A stretch of DNA of 64,000 nucleotides from Octopus sinensis. Lineage: Eukaryota. The stretch spans positions 5,456,001 through 5,520,000 of the forward strand of contig NC_043017.1 in assembly GCF_006345805.1 (NCBI RefSeq). Reading direction: 5' to 3'. Shown here in pieces: positions 12,464-25,400 of this stretch. The notes beneath the pieces were generated by a model. That model was given only the letters and a program-made list of their open reading frames with translations, made no database searches and had not been told where the DNA came from. The position numbers and the translations under genes were made by a program. Numbering within the stretch: position 1 is the first letter of the stretch; every line of letters starts with the position of its first letter.

Positions 12464-12524
<61 letters not shown>

Positions 12525-12537
12525 CACACACACACCA

Positions 12538-12580
<43 letters not shown>

Positions 12581-12840
12581 TATATATATACAGAGAGAAA
12601 GAGAGAGAGAGAGAGAGAAGCGGTAAGGGATGTAGAACGAAGAAAACTTTATCAATGCAATAAAAAAAAGTTTTCTGGTTTTTCAAATCTTTTGTAGAAT
12701 TGTTCAACGAAAATTTTTTCATAAATTAGTTCATACGCGAAATAATTAATATCAAAAATTTTGTTGATGAAGATAAGATGAGAAGAAACGACTTGGCGCC
12801 CACCATGACAGGTCCTAGAGTAAACTGTCGTCTGCTTCAG
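11560..12840 (+). repeat. Unclassified interspersed repeat, copy 1 (internal ATAG/TA/AG microsatellites)
   Basis: Left part (AAGGGAAGTAACTC...TTTCGACGAAGCAGCAAC...AAGGTAAGTGCATT) and right part (AATGCAA...TTCAACGAAAA...AAATTAGTT...GTCGTCTGCTTC) align by eye with 15930-17030. Confidence 0.7.
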
Positions 12841-12921
12841 TGAAATTTTTTTATGGCAAATTTTTTCTTTCTCTTTTTCAATTTCTTCTTCTTTTCTCTG
12901 CCTTTAATACTTGTAAGCAAG

Positions 12922-12922
12922 T

Positions 12923-12972
<50 letters not shown>

Positions 12973-13177
12973 CGCGTGTGTGTGTATATGCGTGTGTGTG
13001 TGTGTTTGTGTGTTTGTGTGTATACGCGCGTGTGTGTGTGTGTTTGTATGTGTGTTTCTGTGTGTGTGGGGGTTTGTATGTGTGTGTGTGTGTGTATGTG
13101 CGTTTGTGTGTGTGTGCGTTTGTGTGTGTGTGTGTGTTTGTGTGTATACGCGTGTGGGTTTGTGTACAGATAGATAA

Positions 13178-13274
<97 letters not shown>

Positions 13275-14118
13275 TATGTATATATATATATAGTTTGTGA
13301 TCATTTATATTATTTGTTAATTATATAGCATATTAGCATATACAAAAACGCGTGACTATATACAATGGCTTGTGAATGTGACTGTCTGTGTAAATCTGTT
13401 CTTTATGTTCACATTTTTTCAAGCAAAAAATAGTTCATATATATGCTTGCGTATATATGAGCTCGAACCTACGTAGCTGCAAAGCTAGGTTCGTAATCGC
13501 TCGGCCAAGCTTGCACCCAGAAGTTATGTTTTAATTACTGATAAATAAAGGAAAAATTTTGAAAGAGAACTATTTAATCCATTTGTTCATGTAAACTAAT
13601 AAAAATTATTGATTGTTTTATGATAATATTGTCGGGTAAAACATCGGAGCCTTCATCATGTCATCTATTAAGAAAAGGTCGTCTGCTACTCTGACTTTTT
13701 TTTCCTGTCATTATAATGGGCACTTATATAGACATGTGAATAACATACACACACACACACACACACACACACCGCATACATCCATTCATACATACATCAT
13801 ACATACATACATACATACATACATACATACATACATACATACATACATACATACGTACGTACATACATACATACATGCATACATACATGCATACATACAT
13901 ACATACATACACACGTTCATACATACATACATACATACATACATGCATAAATACATACATACATACATATATTCATACATACATACATACATACATACAT
14001 ACATACATGCATAAATACATACATACATACATGCATTCATACATACATACATGTATTCATACATACATACATACATACATACATACATAATGCATGCGTG
14101 CAGTCGTCCGTCACTGCA

Positions 14119-14162
<44 letters not shown>

Positions 14163-14175
14163 AGTGTGTGTGTGT
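12922..14175. repeat. Microsatellite cluster: (TG)n 12922-13165, (ATAG)n 13168-13275, (CA)/(CATA)n 13744-14090, (TG)n 14123-14175
   Basis: Read directly. Confidence 0.9.
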
Positions 14176-14355
14176 CATTATAGTTTTTATCTAACAAATT
14201 TCACTCACATAACATTAATCAAATTGAAGCTATGGTTAGGTGACCTGCCAGGGTATTTATCGTACACCATTCAATAATTAGTAGTACTGTATACTATTAA
14301 AATGTAAATACGATTTTTCACCATGTAAATCGTGTTTCAATCTTATCACACGTCC

Positions 14356-14600
14356 TCAGATCAAATGTCTAAAAAAACATTTAAGGGAAAATAAACTCTC
14401 CGTTTTTTCCGAGAGGCGAACTGGATGTATAGAACTCAAGTACCTCCTCCATAGGACCCTATCAGAAGCAACCCTCGTTACACTTTCCAACTGGATTCCC
14501 AAGCATGACCAACTAAGACAATGGATGCTATCTATCTGTGGGTCTCCTGCCCTTTTGCTTGTCTTTCCCCACATTTTAATCACATGCCTGCATCACCGGA
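14356..14600 (-). mobile_element. RTE-like LINE C-terminal remnant
   Basis: ORF 14356..14583 contains LGIQLESVTRVASDRVLWRR, the xAxDRxxWR motif of RTE ORF ends. Confidence 0.5.
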
Positions 14601-14887
14601 GCTGAGATCTCTCAATACGGAGAAGTAGCGACTCACCCTAGGGAGACTCCCAGATCTCCAGGTTAGGAAACCTGTCGAGTAACGTTACTCCAGATATTCT
14701 TTCAAGAAGCCCCATTTTGGGTCTCTTGTATTCACGATCGTACACTTTCGATCGTTACACAACATTCACAGCCATAGGTGGCGATAGGCATAAAACTGGA
14801 ACTCCATAGGTTACGAGGACAGGTGTTCCAGTTGATCCGAAACTCCAACAGTTTTTGTGATATTTGCTGCTTTTTAATAAAGTGTAT

Positions 14888-14923
<36 letters not shown>

Positions 14924-14949
14924 TGAGAATTTACAAAATAAGACAAAAT

Positions 14950-15632
14950 ACATGTATGTATGTATGTATGTATGTATGTATGTATGTATGTATGTATGTA
15001 TGTATGCATGTATGTATGTGTGTGTATGTATGTGTGTGTATGTATGTATGTATGTGTGTGTATGCATGTATGCATGCATGCATGTATGTATGCATGCATG
15101 CATGTATGTATGCATGTATGCATGTATGTATGCATGTATGTTTGTATGTATGTATGTATGTTTGTATGTATGTATCTATGCATGTATGCATGCATGCATG
15201 TATGTATGCATGCATGCATGTATGTATGCATGTATGCATGTATGTATGCATGTATGTTTGTATGTATGTTGTATGCATGTATATATGCATGTATGTATGT
15301 ATGTACGTATGTATGTTTGTATGTATGTATGTATGTATGTATGTATGCATGTATGTATGTATGTATGTATTATGTATGTATGTATGTATGCATGCATGTA
15401 TGTATGCATGTATGTATGTATGCATGCATGCCTGCATGCATGTATGTATGTGTGTGTATGTATGTATGTATGTATGTATGTATGTATGTATGTATGTATG
15501 TATGTGTGTATGTATGTGTGTATTTATGTATGTATGTTTGTATGTATGTATGTATGTATGTATGTATGTATGTATGTATGTATGTGTGTATTTATGTATG
15601 TATGTATGTATGTATGTATGTGTGTATGTATA
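14950..15632 (+). repeat. Compound (TATG)n/(CATG)n microsatellite, ~680 bp
   Basis: Read directly; explains the six-frame MYVC/HTYI ORFs. Confidence 0.95.
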
Positions 15633-15689
15633 AACACATGCGAAATTAATGTACGAGACAGGCGATACTCTTAACGTAGTTCTCGGGGA

Positions 15690-15880
15690 CATTCAGGGTA
15701 ACACAGAATGTGGCCAAGGCTGGCTTTTGAATAACAGGTACAAATTATTTTTGCCGAGTCGACTGGAACAACATGAAATAAAGTAACTGGCTCAAGGACA
15801 CAACACACCACCATGAATCGAACTCACGACTGGTGGATCGTGACCCGAATACCCTAACCACTAATCCATGCGCTTTCGAT
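15690..15880 (-). mobile_element. tRNA-derived SINE (family of 61318-61625)
   Basis: GCTCAAGGACACAAC...GAATCGAACTCACGAC...CCCTAACCACTAATCCATGCGC is the reverse complement of an A/B-box head plus TGTGTCCTTGAGC. Confidence 0.8.
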
Positions 15881-15929
15881 GAGGCACAAAAACTAAATCA
15901 AAAATAAGTTTAAGTTTCCAAGCCACCTT

Positions 15930-16532
15930 TCGCTAAGGGAAATAACTCATACTCGTAATCCAAAATATTTGAAAGAGTTGTCTTTCTTCTTCCCTTGAGT
16001 TCATTCTGACTTCGTGTTTCGACGAAGCATCAACTTTTCTCAGGAGTTCACGAAAATGAATAAAACATCGAAAATATATCCCCGAAGGTAAGTGCATTTT
16101 GTTTCAAAATTTCTTTAAGCTTCTCGCAACAAAACCCTCTCATAAAATTTGATGAAAAAATATACCTTTCATAGTTAAATTGTGTATTTTCTTCTAAATT
16201 GTTTCTATCATAAATTTTCGTCTTTCTGTTTTTAATGTAATAATAAATCTTGAATATTGAAAAAAAAACAAGAAATTTTCACTGAATAATTTTGTTAATG
16301 ACTTGATTTTATCATTTCGCAGGTAAATTTCGCATTTTCTTATGCATTCGTGAAATTACTATCTCACATTTATGTTTTTGAAAGGCATCAATGCTAACAA
16401 CATTTCGATTGTTTTTTCACTGTTATATAAATATTAAGAATATTTTTTTTAAAAAAAAGCATATTTCGAGCGAAAAAGTTTGAAAAAATCTGTCTGGAAA
16501 AAAAAATTTATATATACATGTGTGCGTGCGTG

Positions 16533-16572
<40 letters not shown>

Positions 16573-16596
16573 TGGTGTGTGTGTTTGTGTGTGTGA

Positions 16597-16628
<32 letters not shown>

Positions 16629-17030
16629 GTGTATTTGTTTGTGTGTATGTGTGAGTGTATGTGTGTGTTTGTATGTGTGTGTGTGTGTATGCGTGCGTGT
16701 GTGTGTGTGCGTGTGTGTGCGTGTGAGTGTAAGTGTGTGTGTGTGTTTGTGTGAGTGTAAGTGTGTGTGCGTGCGTGTGTGTGAGGGTGTTGTGTGTGTG
16801 TGTGTGTGTGTGAGATGAAGAAAATTTTTAACAATGTCATGCCATTAATGCAACGAAAAATAGTATTTCTAGTTTTTTAATATCTTTCGTAGAAATATTC
16901 AACGAAAACTTTTTAATAAATTAGTTTATGTGAAATAATAATAAATATCAAACATTTCCTTGATAAAACTGTTAGAAACGGCTTCGTAGCCATATTCTTT
17001 GTCCGAAGATAAAAGTGTCGTCTGCTTCTT
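15930..17030 (+). repeat. Unclassified interspersed repeat, copy 2 (internal TG microsatellite 16515-16812)
   Basis: AAGGGAAATAACTC...TTTCGACGAAGCATCAAC...AAGGTAAGTGCATT and terminal GTCGTCTGCTTC, as in copy 1. Confidence 0.7.
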
Positions 17031-17199
17031 TGAACTGGACTTTTTTTTCTGTCTTTACATTTTGTGCTCAACATTTTTGATCGTTTATGACGAATTCTGC
17101 CCTCGTGTGTTTATACATACATACATATATGTATATCTGTATATATTTTGTCTTTTTTTGTTTTGTTTTTTTGTAAATGTATACAATAATATCATTATT

Positions 17200-17222
17200 A
17201 AGATAAAATATATATGTATATC

Positions 17223-17261
<39 letters not shown>

Positions 17262-17412
17262 TATACGTATATATATGTGTGTGTGTATATATATATATAT
17301 ATAATATATATATAATATACATAAGAAAATATATATATATATATATAATATATATAAGAAAATAAAAAATTTTATCTAATATAGTGGCGTTTTCAACTTC
17401 TTTTTTACAAAT

Positions 17413-17452
<40 letters not shown>

Positions 17453-17658
17453 ATATATATATAATATATAATATAATATATATATACATATATATATATG
17501 TATATATGTATATATATACATATATATATATACGTATATATACGTATATATATGTATATATATTATATATATATATATATATGTATGTATGTACGTATGT
17601 AGTATAGTATATATATGTGTTGTATATATATGTATATATATATTATATATGTATTATA

Positions 17659-17705
<47 letters not shown>
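17200..17705. repeat. (TA)n-rich microsatellite tract
   Basis: Read directly. Confidence 0.9.
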
Positions 17706-17706
<1 letters not shown>

Positions 17707-17730
17707 TTTATTAAATAGCAGCAAAAAATC

Positions 17731-17776
17731 ACAAAACTGTTAGAGTTTCACGTTCCCGTTCGTCGGACAGTTTTGT
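17731..17776 (-). ncRNA. Minimal type I hammerhead-ribozyme-like motif (probable Penelope-like element 3' remnant)
   Basis: Minus strand ACAAAACTGT-CCGACGA-ACG-GGAA-CGT-GAAA-CTCTA-ACAGTTTTGT: 10-bp stem I, CUGANGA-like core with U4C, 3-bp stem II with GNRA loop, GAAA and a vestigial stem III. AATAAA and (AT)n follow. Confidence 0.55.
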
Positions 17777-19027
17777 ATATATATATTTATATACAGTTTT
17801 GCTTAGAATGTATACGTGTGTGTGTGTGTCTGTGTATATTTATCAAATGTCATAAATTATAAGTCTACTTAATGTAAATTGTATATATAATGTTTGCATA
17901 TATTTAGGCATTTATATGTGTGTGTGCGTGCATGTGAAGGATTTTTTTCAAAAGTGTTTTGCAAAAAATGCTTAATATAGTCCTAATGTCTGCAAAAAAT
18001 ATTTTCTTAAAAATTCTTTTGGTTTTTTTTTCTGCTTTGATAACTTTTTGCCGAAACCTTCGCATCAGTCTGTTTTTCTGAGACATTTCTTTAGATTGTC
18101 AATAACTTTTAATGAAATTTTTCTACAAATTTATAGATATAGTTATAGATATCTATAGCTATAGGTATAGATATACATACATACATACATACATACATAC
18201 ATACATACATACATACATACATGTGTGTGTATGTATGTGTATATATATATGAAGAAGAAACATGTATGTGTGTATGTACGGACGGATGTGTATGCATGCA
18301 CACACACATACATACACACACACACACATGCATACAATAGTATCCAATGTCATAAATTATATGTCTACTTAATGTAAATTATATCTGTATATGTTTGCAT
18401 ATGTGGATTTCGAGCCTGTTTACCTGTCGTATAACTTTAGATGTATACATTGGCTAACATGTGTAATATCAGGAAATATTGTATAGAAAAGTTAAAATAT
18501 AACTTTTACCAAATTTCTTGAAAGTTTTATAAAACGATAAAATGAATACTAATTTTCAGAAGAAAAACATATATTTCACCTTCTTGTTTGAATTAAATAT
18601 AACAAAATATTCATTTATATAAGTACACCCATAACTACTGTCATTTGTAAAATAATACAAATATTGGCTGCGTTTTTGTATTTATTATTGGGGAAATGAG
18701 TTTCCAAAACACACACAAAAAGTTGACTATTTTATTCATAACTGTCAGAGAAACATAAAATTTGTGTTAGCCATCTTGTCATTCTGCTGATAAACAGTCG
18801 TCTGCTTATTCCATTTTTGTTTCTTTTTCACATTTTTCACAGTTTTTTATTAATATCTAATGATATCTATATTGAACACTTCTAACAATAACACACATAC
18901 ACATGTACGTATTCATACATTATATATATATATATATAGTTAATCCAAACAAGAAAGCACAAAAAACACAACGCGAGGACGTGGAACAAATATAGTATTA
19001 TTGGACGCTCAGGAAAGAAGGAGGGTT

Positions 19028-19060
19028 TAACGTTTCGAGCGGAGCACTTCATCGGAAACA
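19028..19060 (-). ncRNA. Degenerate minimal hammerhead-like motif (Penelope-like remnant)
   Basis: Minus strand GTTT-CCGATGAA-GTGC-TCC-GCTC-GAAACGTT-AAAC: 4-bp stem I, stem II with one mismatch, palindromic AACGTT stem III, GUU triplet. Confidence 0.45.
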
Positions 19061-19134
19061 TAGGAGAAGGAAAGATCCAGAGAAGGGAAGACAGAGGAAA
19101 AAAAAATCGCCAACGATACACACGAGGTCACATA

Positions 19135-19151
19135 GATACATAGATAGATAA

Positions 19152-19224
<73 letters not shown>

Positions 19225-19420
19225 GATAGATATATACATACATGCATGCATTCATACATACATACATACATCATACATACATACATGCATGCATGCATTC
19301 TTACATACATACATACATGCATGCATGCATGCATGCATGCATGCATGCATACATACATACATACATACATACATACATACATACATGCATGCATGCATGC
19401 ATGCATGCATGCATACATAC
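19135..19420 (+). repeat. (TAGA)n then (CATA/CATG)n microsatellites leading into the giant satellite
   Basis: Read directly. Confidence 0.95.
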
Positions 19421-22400
19421 AAACAAACAAACATATAAACAAGCAAACAAACAAACATACGATCAAATGTAACAAACAAACAAATAAACAAACCAACAAA
19501 CAAACAGGCAAACCAACAAACAAACCAACAAACCAAACAACCAACAAACAAACCAATCAACAAACAAACAAGCCAAGAAACCAACAAACCAACCAACAAA
19601 CCAACCAACACACCAACAAACAAACCAACCAAAAACAAACAAACAAACAAACCAGCAAATAAACCAACAAACAAACTAACAAACCAACCAACAAACAAAC
19701 CAACAAACAAACAAACCAACAGACCAACCAACAAACAAACCGACAAACCTACAAACAAACAAACCAACCAACAAACAAACCAACAAACACACAAACCAAC
19801 AAATATACCAACAAACAAACAAACAAACCAACAAACAAACCTACAAACAAACAAACCAACAAACAAATTAACTAACAACAAACAAACCAACAAACAAATT
19901 AACTAACAAACAAACAAACCAACAAACAAACCCACAAATAAACCAACAAACCAATAAACCAACCAACAAACCAACCAACAAACAAACAGACCCACAAGTA
20001 AACCAACAAACCAACAAACCAATAAACCAACAAACCAACCAACAAACAAACACAACAAACCAACAAACACACAACCACAGCAAACCAACAAACAAACAAA
20101 CAAACCAACAAAAAACCATCCAACAACAAAACCACAACCAACCAACAAATAAACAAACAAACCAAAAAACAAACCAACAAACAAACCAACAAACCAAACA
20201 ACACACCAACAAACAAACCAATAAACAAACAAACCAACAAACAAACAAAGAAACAAACCAACAAATCAAGAAACAAACAAACCAACAAATAAACCAACAA
20301 ACAAACAAACCAACAAACAAACCAACAAACAAACCAACCAACAAACCAACCAACACACCAACAAACAAACCAACCCACAAATCAACAAACAAACCAACAA
20401 ACCAAAAAACAAGCCAATAAACAAACAAACTAATAAACAAACGAACCAACAAACAAACCAACAAACAAACAAACCAACCAACAAATCAACAAACAAACAA
20501 ACAAACAAACCAACAAACAAACAAACAAACCAACCAACAAGTAAACCAAACAACTAACCAACAAACCAACCAACAGACAAACTAACAAACAAACCAACAA
20601 CCAAACCAACAAACCAACAAATAAACCAACAGACCTACAAACAAACAAACCGACAAACCAACAAACCTACAAACAAACAAACCAAACAACAAACAAACCA
20701 ACAAACAAACCAACCAACAAATAAACCAACAAACAAACAAACAAACCTACAAACAAACCAACAAACAAATTAACTAACAAACAAACCGACAAACAAATTA
20801 ACTAACAAACCAACAAACAAACAAACCCACAAATAAACCAACAAACCAATAAACCAACAAACCAACCAACAAACAAACCAACAAACAGACCAACGAACAA
20901 ACAAACCAACCAAATAACCAACCAACAAACAAACAAACCAACAGACAAACCAACAAACCAACCAACAAACAAAACAACAAACCAACCAACAAATAAACGA
21001 ACAAACCAAAAAACAAACCAATAAACAAACATACCAACAAACAAACAACAACAAACACAAACAACCACAAACCAACAACAAACAAACAAACCAACAAATA
21101 AACCAACAAACAAACTAACAAACCAACCAACAAACAAACCAACAAACAAACCGACAAACAAAGAAACCATCAAACAAATTAACTAACAAACAAACAAACA
21201 AACAAATAAATAAACCAACCAACAAACAAACGAACAAACAAACAAACAAACAAACAAACCAACAAACAAACAAACAAACAAACCAACTAACAAACAAACA
21301 AACCAACAAACAAATTAACTAACAAACAAACCAACAAACAAACCAACAAACAAACAAACCAACAAACAAATCAACAGATAAACCAACGAACAAACCGACC
21401 AACAAACAAACAAACCAACCAACAAACAAACAAAACATCAGACAAATTAACTAAGAAACAAACCAACAAACAAATTAACTAACAAACTAACAAACAAACC
21501 AACAGACAAAACTACAAACAAACAAACCAACCAACAAACAAACAAACAAACCAACAGACAAACCAACAAACCAACAAACAAACCAACCAACAAACAAAAC
21601 ATTAAACCAACCAACAAACAAACCAATAAACAAACCGACAAACAAACCAACAAACAAACAAACCAACAAACAAACCAACAAACCTACAAACAAACAAACC
21701 AACAAAGTGATTAACTAACAATAAACAAACCAACAAACAAATAAACCCACAAATAAACCAACAAACCAATAAACAAACAAACCAACCAACAAACAAACAA
21801 ACCCACAAATAAACCAACAACATAATACCCACAAACCACCAAAACAAAAACAAACAAACCCCAGACAAACCAACAAACAAAGAAACAAACCAAAAAACCA
21901 TCCAAACTAATAAACAAACCAACTAATAAACAAATGAACCAACAAACAAACCAACACCAAACAAACAAACAAACAAACAAACAAACAAACAAACCAACCA
22001 ACAGTAAACCAAACAACTAACCAACAAAAAACCAACCAAAGACAAACTAAAACAAACCAACAACGAAACCAACAAACCAACAAATAACCAACAACCTACA
22101 AACAAACAAACCGACAAACCAAAAAACCTACAAACAAATAAACCAACAACAAACAAACAACAACAACACCAACAAACAAACAACCAACAAATAAACCACA
22201 ACAAACAAATTAACTAACAACAAACAAATTAACTAACAAACAAACAAAAACCAACAAACAATAAACCCACAAATAAACCAACAACCAACAACACAATAAA
22301 CCAACAACCAACCATAAACCAAACAACAAACAAACAAACCCGCAAATAAACCAAAAACAATAAAAAACCACAACAACCCACCAACAAACAAACCACAACA

Positions 22401-25400
22401 ACAACAAACCAACAGACAGACCAACAAACAAAGAAACAACAACAACCATCCAACAAACAAAACAAAACCACCAACAAATAAACAAACAACCAATAAAACA
22501 ACCACAACAAACCAACAACCAACCAACAACCAACACACACAAACAAACCAACAAACAAACAAACCAAACAACAAACAACAAACCAACAAATCAAGAAACA
22601 AACAACCAACAAAGAAACCAACAAACAACCACAAACCACAAACAAACCAACCAACAAACAACCAACAAACAAACCAACCACAACCAACCGACACACAAAA
22701 ACAACCCAACCCACAAATAAACAACACACAATAAAACAAACCAAACAAACCAAAACAAGCCAATAAACAAACAAACTAATAAACAAACGAACCAACAAAC
22801 AAACCAACAAACAACAAACAAACCAACCAACAAATCAACAAACCAACAAACAAACAAACAAACAAACAAACAAGGAAATCAACCAACAAGTAAACCAAAC
22901 CTAACCACAACCAACCAACAGACAAAACTAACAAACAAACCAACAGCCAAACCAACAATCCAACAAATAAACCAACAACCTATAAACAACAAACCGACAA
23001 ACCAACAAACCTACAAAAATTAAACCAAACAACAACAAACCACAAACAAACCAACAAACAAACAAAAACCACAAATAAACCAACAAACAAACAACAAACA
23101 AACAACAAACCAACAACAACAAACAAACAATTAACTACCAAACAAACAACCACCAAACAAATAACTAACAAACCAACAAACAACCACAAATAAACCAACA
23201 AACCAACCAACAAACAACCAACAACAAACCACAAACAGACAAACCAACAAATAAACCAACAAACAAACAAACAAACAAACCAACAAACAAACCAACCAAC
23301 AAACCAACCAACACACCAACAAACAAACAACCCCACAAATCAACAAACAAACCAAAAAAACAAACCAACATACCAAAAAACAAGCCAATAAACAAACAAA
23401 CTAATAAACAAACGAACCAACAAACAAACCAACAAACAAACAAAAAACCAACCAACAAATCAACAAACAAACAACAACACACCAACAAGCAAACCAACAA
23501 ACAAACCAACAAACAAACAAACAAACCGACAAACAAAGAAACCATCAAACAAATTAACTAACAAACAAACAAACAAACAAATAAACCAACCAACAAACAA
23601 ACAAACAAACAAACCAACAAGCAAACAAACAAACCAACTAACAAACAAACAAACCAACAAACAAATTAACTAACAAACCAACAAACTAACCAACAAACCA
23701 ACAAACAAACCAACAAACAAACAAACCAACAAACAAACCAACAGATAAACCAACAAACAAACAAACAAACAAACAAACCAACCAACAAACCAACCAACAA
23801 ACAAACCAACGAACAAACCGACCGACAAACCAACAAACAAACCATCAGACAAATTAACTAACAAACAAACCAACAGACAAACAAACAAACTAACCAACAA
23901 ACAAACCAACAAACAAACCGACAAACAACCACACAACAAACCACAAACAAACCAACAACAACCAACCAACCGACAAACAAAGAAACCATCAAACAAATTA
24001 ACTAACAAACAAAGAAACCAACCGACAAACAAAGAAACCATCAAACAAATTAACTAACAAACAAACAAACGAACAAATACACCAACCAACAAACAAACCA
24101 ACAAACAAACAAACAATCCAACAAACATACCAACAAACAAATTAAATAACCAACCCAACAAACAAACCAACAAACAAACCAACAAACAAACAAACCAACA
24201 AACAAACCAACAGATAAACCAACAAACAAACCAACCAACAAACAAACCCACAAATAAACCAACAAACAAACCAACCAACAAACAAACCATGAACACGACC
24301 ACATCCAACAAAAACAAACCAACGAACAACAAACAAACCATCAAACAAATCAACTAACAACTAACAACAAACCAACAAACAAACCTAACAATCAAACAAC
24401 CAACCAACAAAGAAACAAACAAACCAACAGACAAACAACAAACAAACCAACAAACCAACCAACAAACAAAACAACAAACCAACCAACAAACAAACCAACA
24501 AACAAACCGACAAACAAAGAAACCATCAAACAAATTAACTAACAAACAAACAAACAAACCAACAAATAAACCAACCAACAAACAAACAAACCAACAAACA
24601 AAAACCAACCAACAAACAAACAAACCAACAAACAAATTAACTAACAAACCAACAAACAAACCAACAAACAAACCAACAAACAAACAAACCAACAGATTAA
24701 TCAACAAACAAACAAACCAACAAACAAACAAACAAACCCACAAAAAACAACAACAAACAAACAAACCAACAGACAAACCAACCAACAACAACAAACCAAC
24801 CAACAAACAAACACAAACAACTAACAAACAACCTACTACAAACAAACCGACAAACAAACCAACAAACAAACCAAACAAACCAACAAACAAACAACAAAAC
24901 AAGCAACAAACAAACAAACCAAAAACAATTAACTAACAAACCAACAACAAACAACAACAAACCAACCAACCAACAAACAAAAACAACCATTTTACAATTA
25001 ACTTACAAACAAAACCAACAAACAACCACAAACAAACGAAAACCCACAAATAAACCAACAAACAATAACAAACCAACAGACAAACCAACAAGAAACAAAC
25101 AAACCAACAAACAAAACAACAAAACAACAAACCTACAAACAAACCGACAAATAAACCAACAAACAAACCAACAGATAAACCAACAAACAAACAAACAAAC
25201 AAACAAGCCAACAAACAAACCAACAAACAAATTAACTAACAAACCAACAAACAAACCGACAAATAAACCAACCAACAAACAAACCAACAAACAAACAAAC
25301 AAACCAACAAACCAACAAAACATCAAACCAACCAACAAACAAACCTACAAACAAACCGACAAACAAACCAACAAACAAACCAACAGATAAACCAACAAAC

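Noticed and set aside
13464-13493. Hairpin CGAACCT-ACGT-AGCT-GCAA-AGCT-AGGTTCG with a GNRA loop
   Set aside because: Single short occurrence with no family or functional context; plausibly chance.
9915-16050. CAGGAGTT at ~9916 and ~16041 as the missing left TIR of the hAT element
   Set aside because: Only 8 nt match, it does not continue into ACCAAACTA, and there are no GGCCC subterminal motifs or matching TSD.
5039-18353. YI-, CV-, HT-, MYVC- and YLSI-repeat ORFs (also at 40-56 kb)
   Set aside because: These are direct translations of (TA)n, (TG)n, (TATG)n and (ATAG)n microsatellites.
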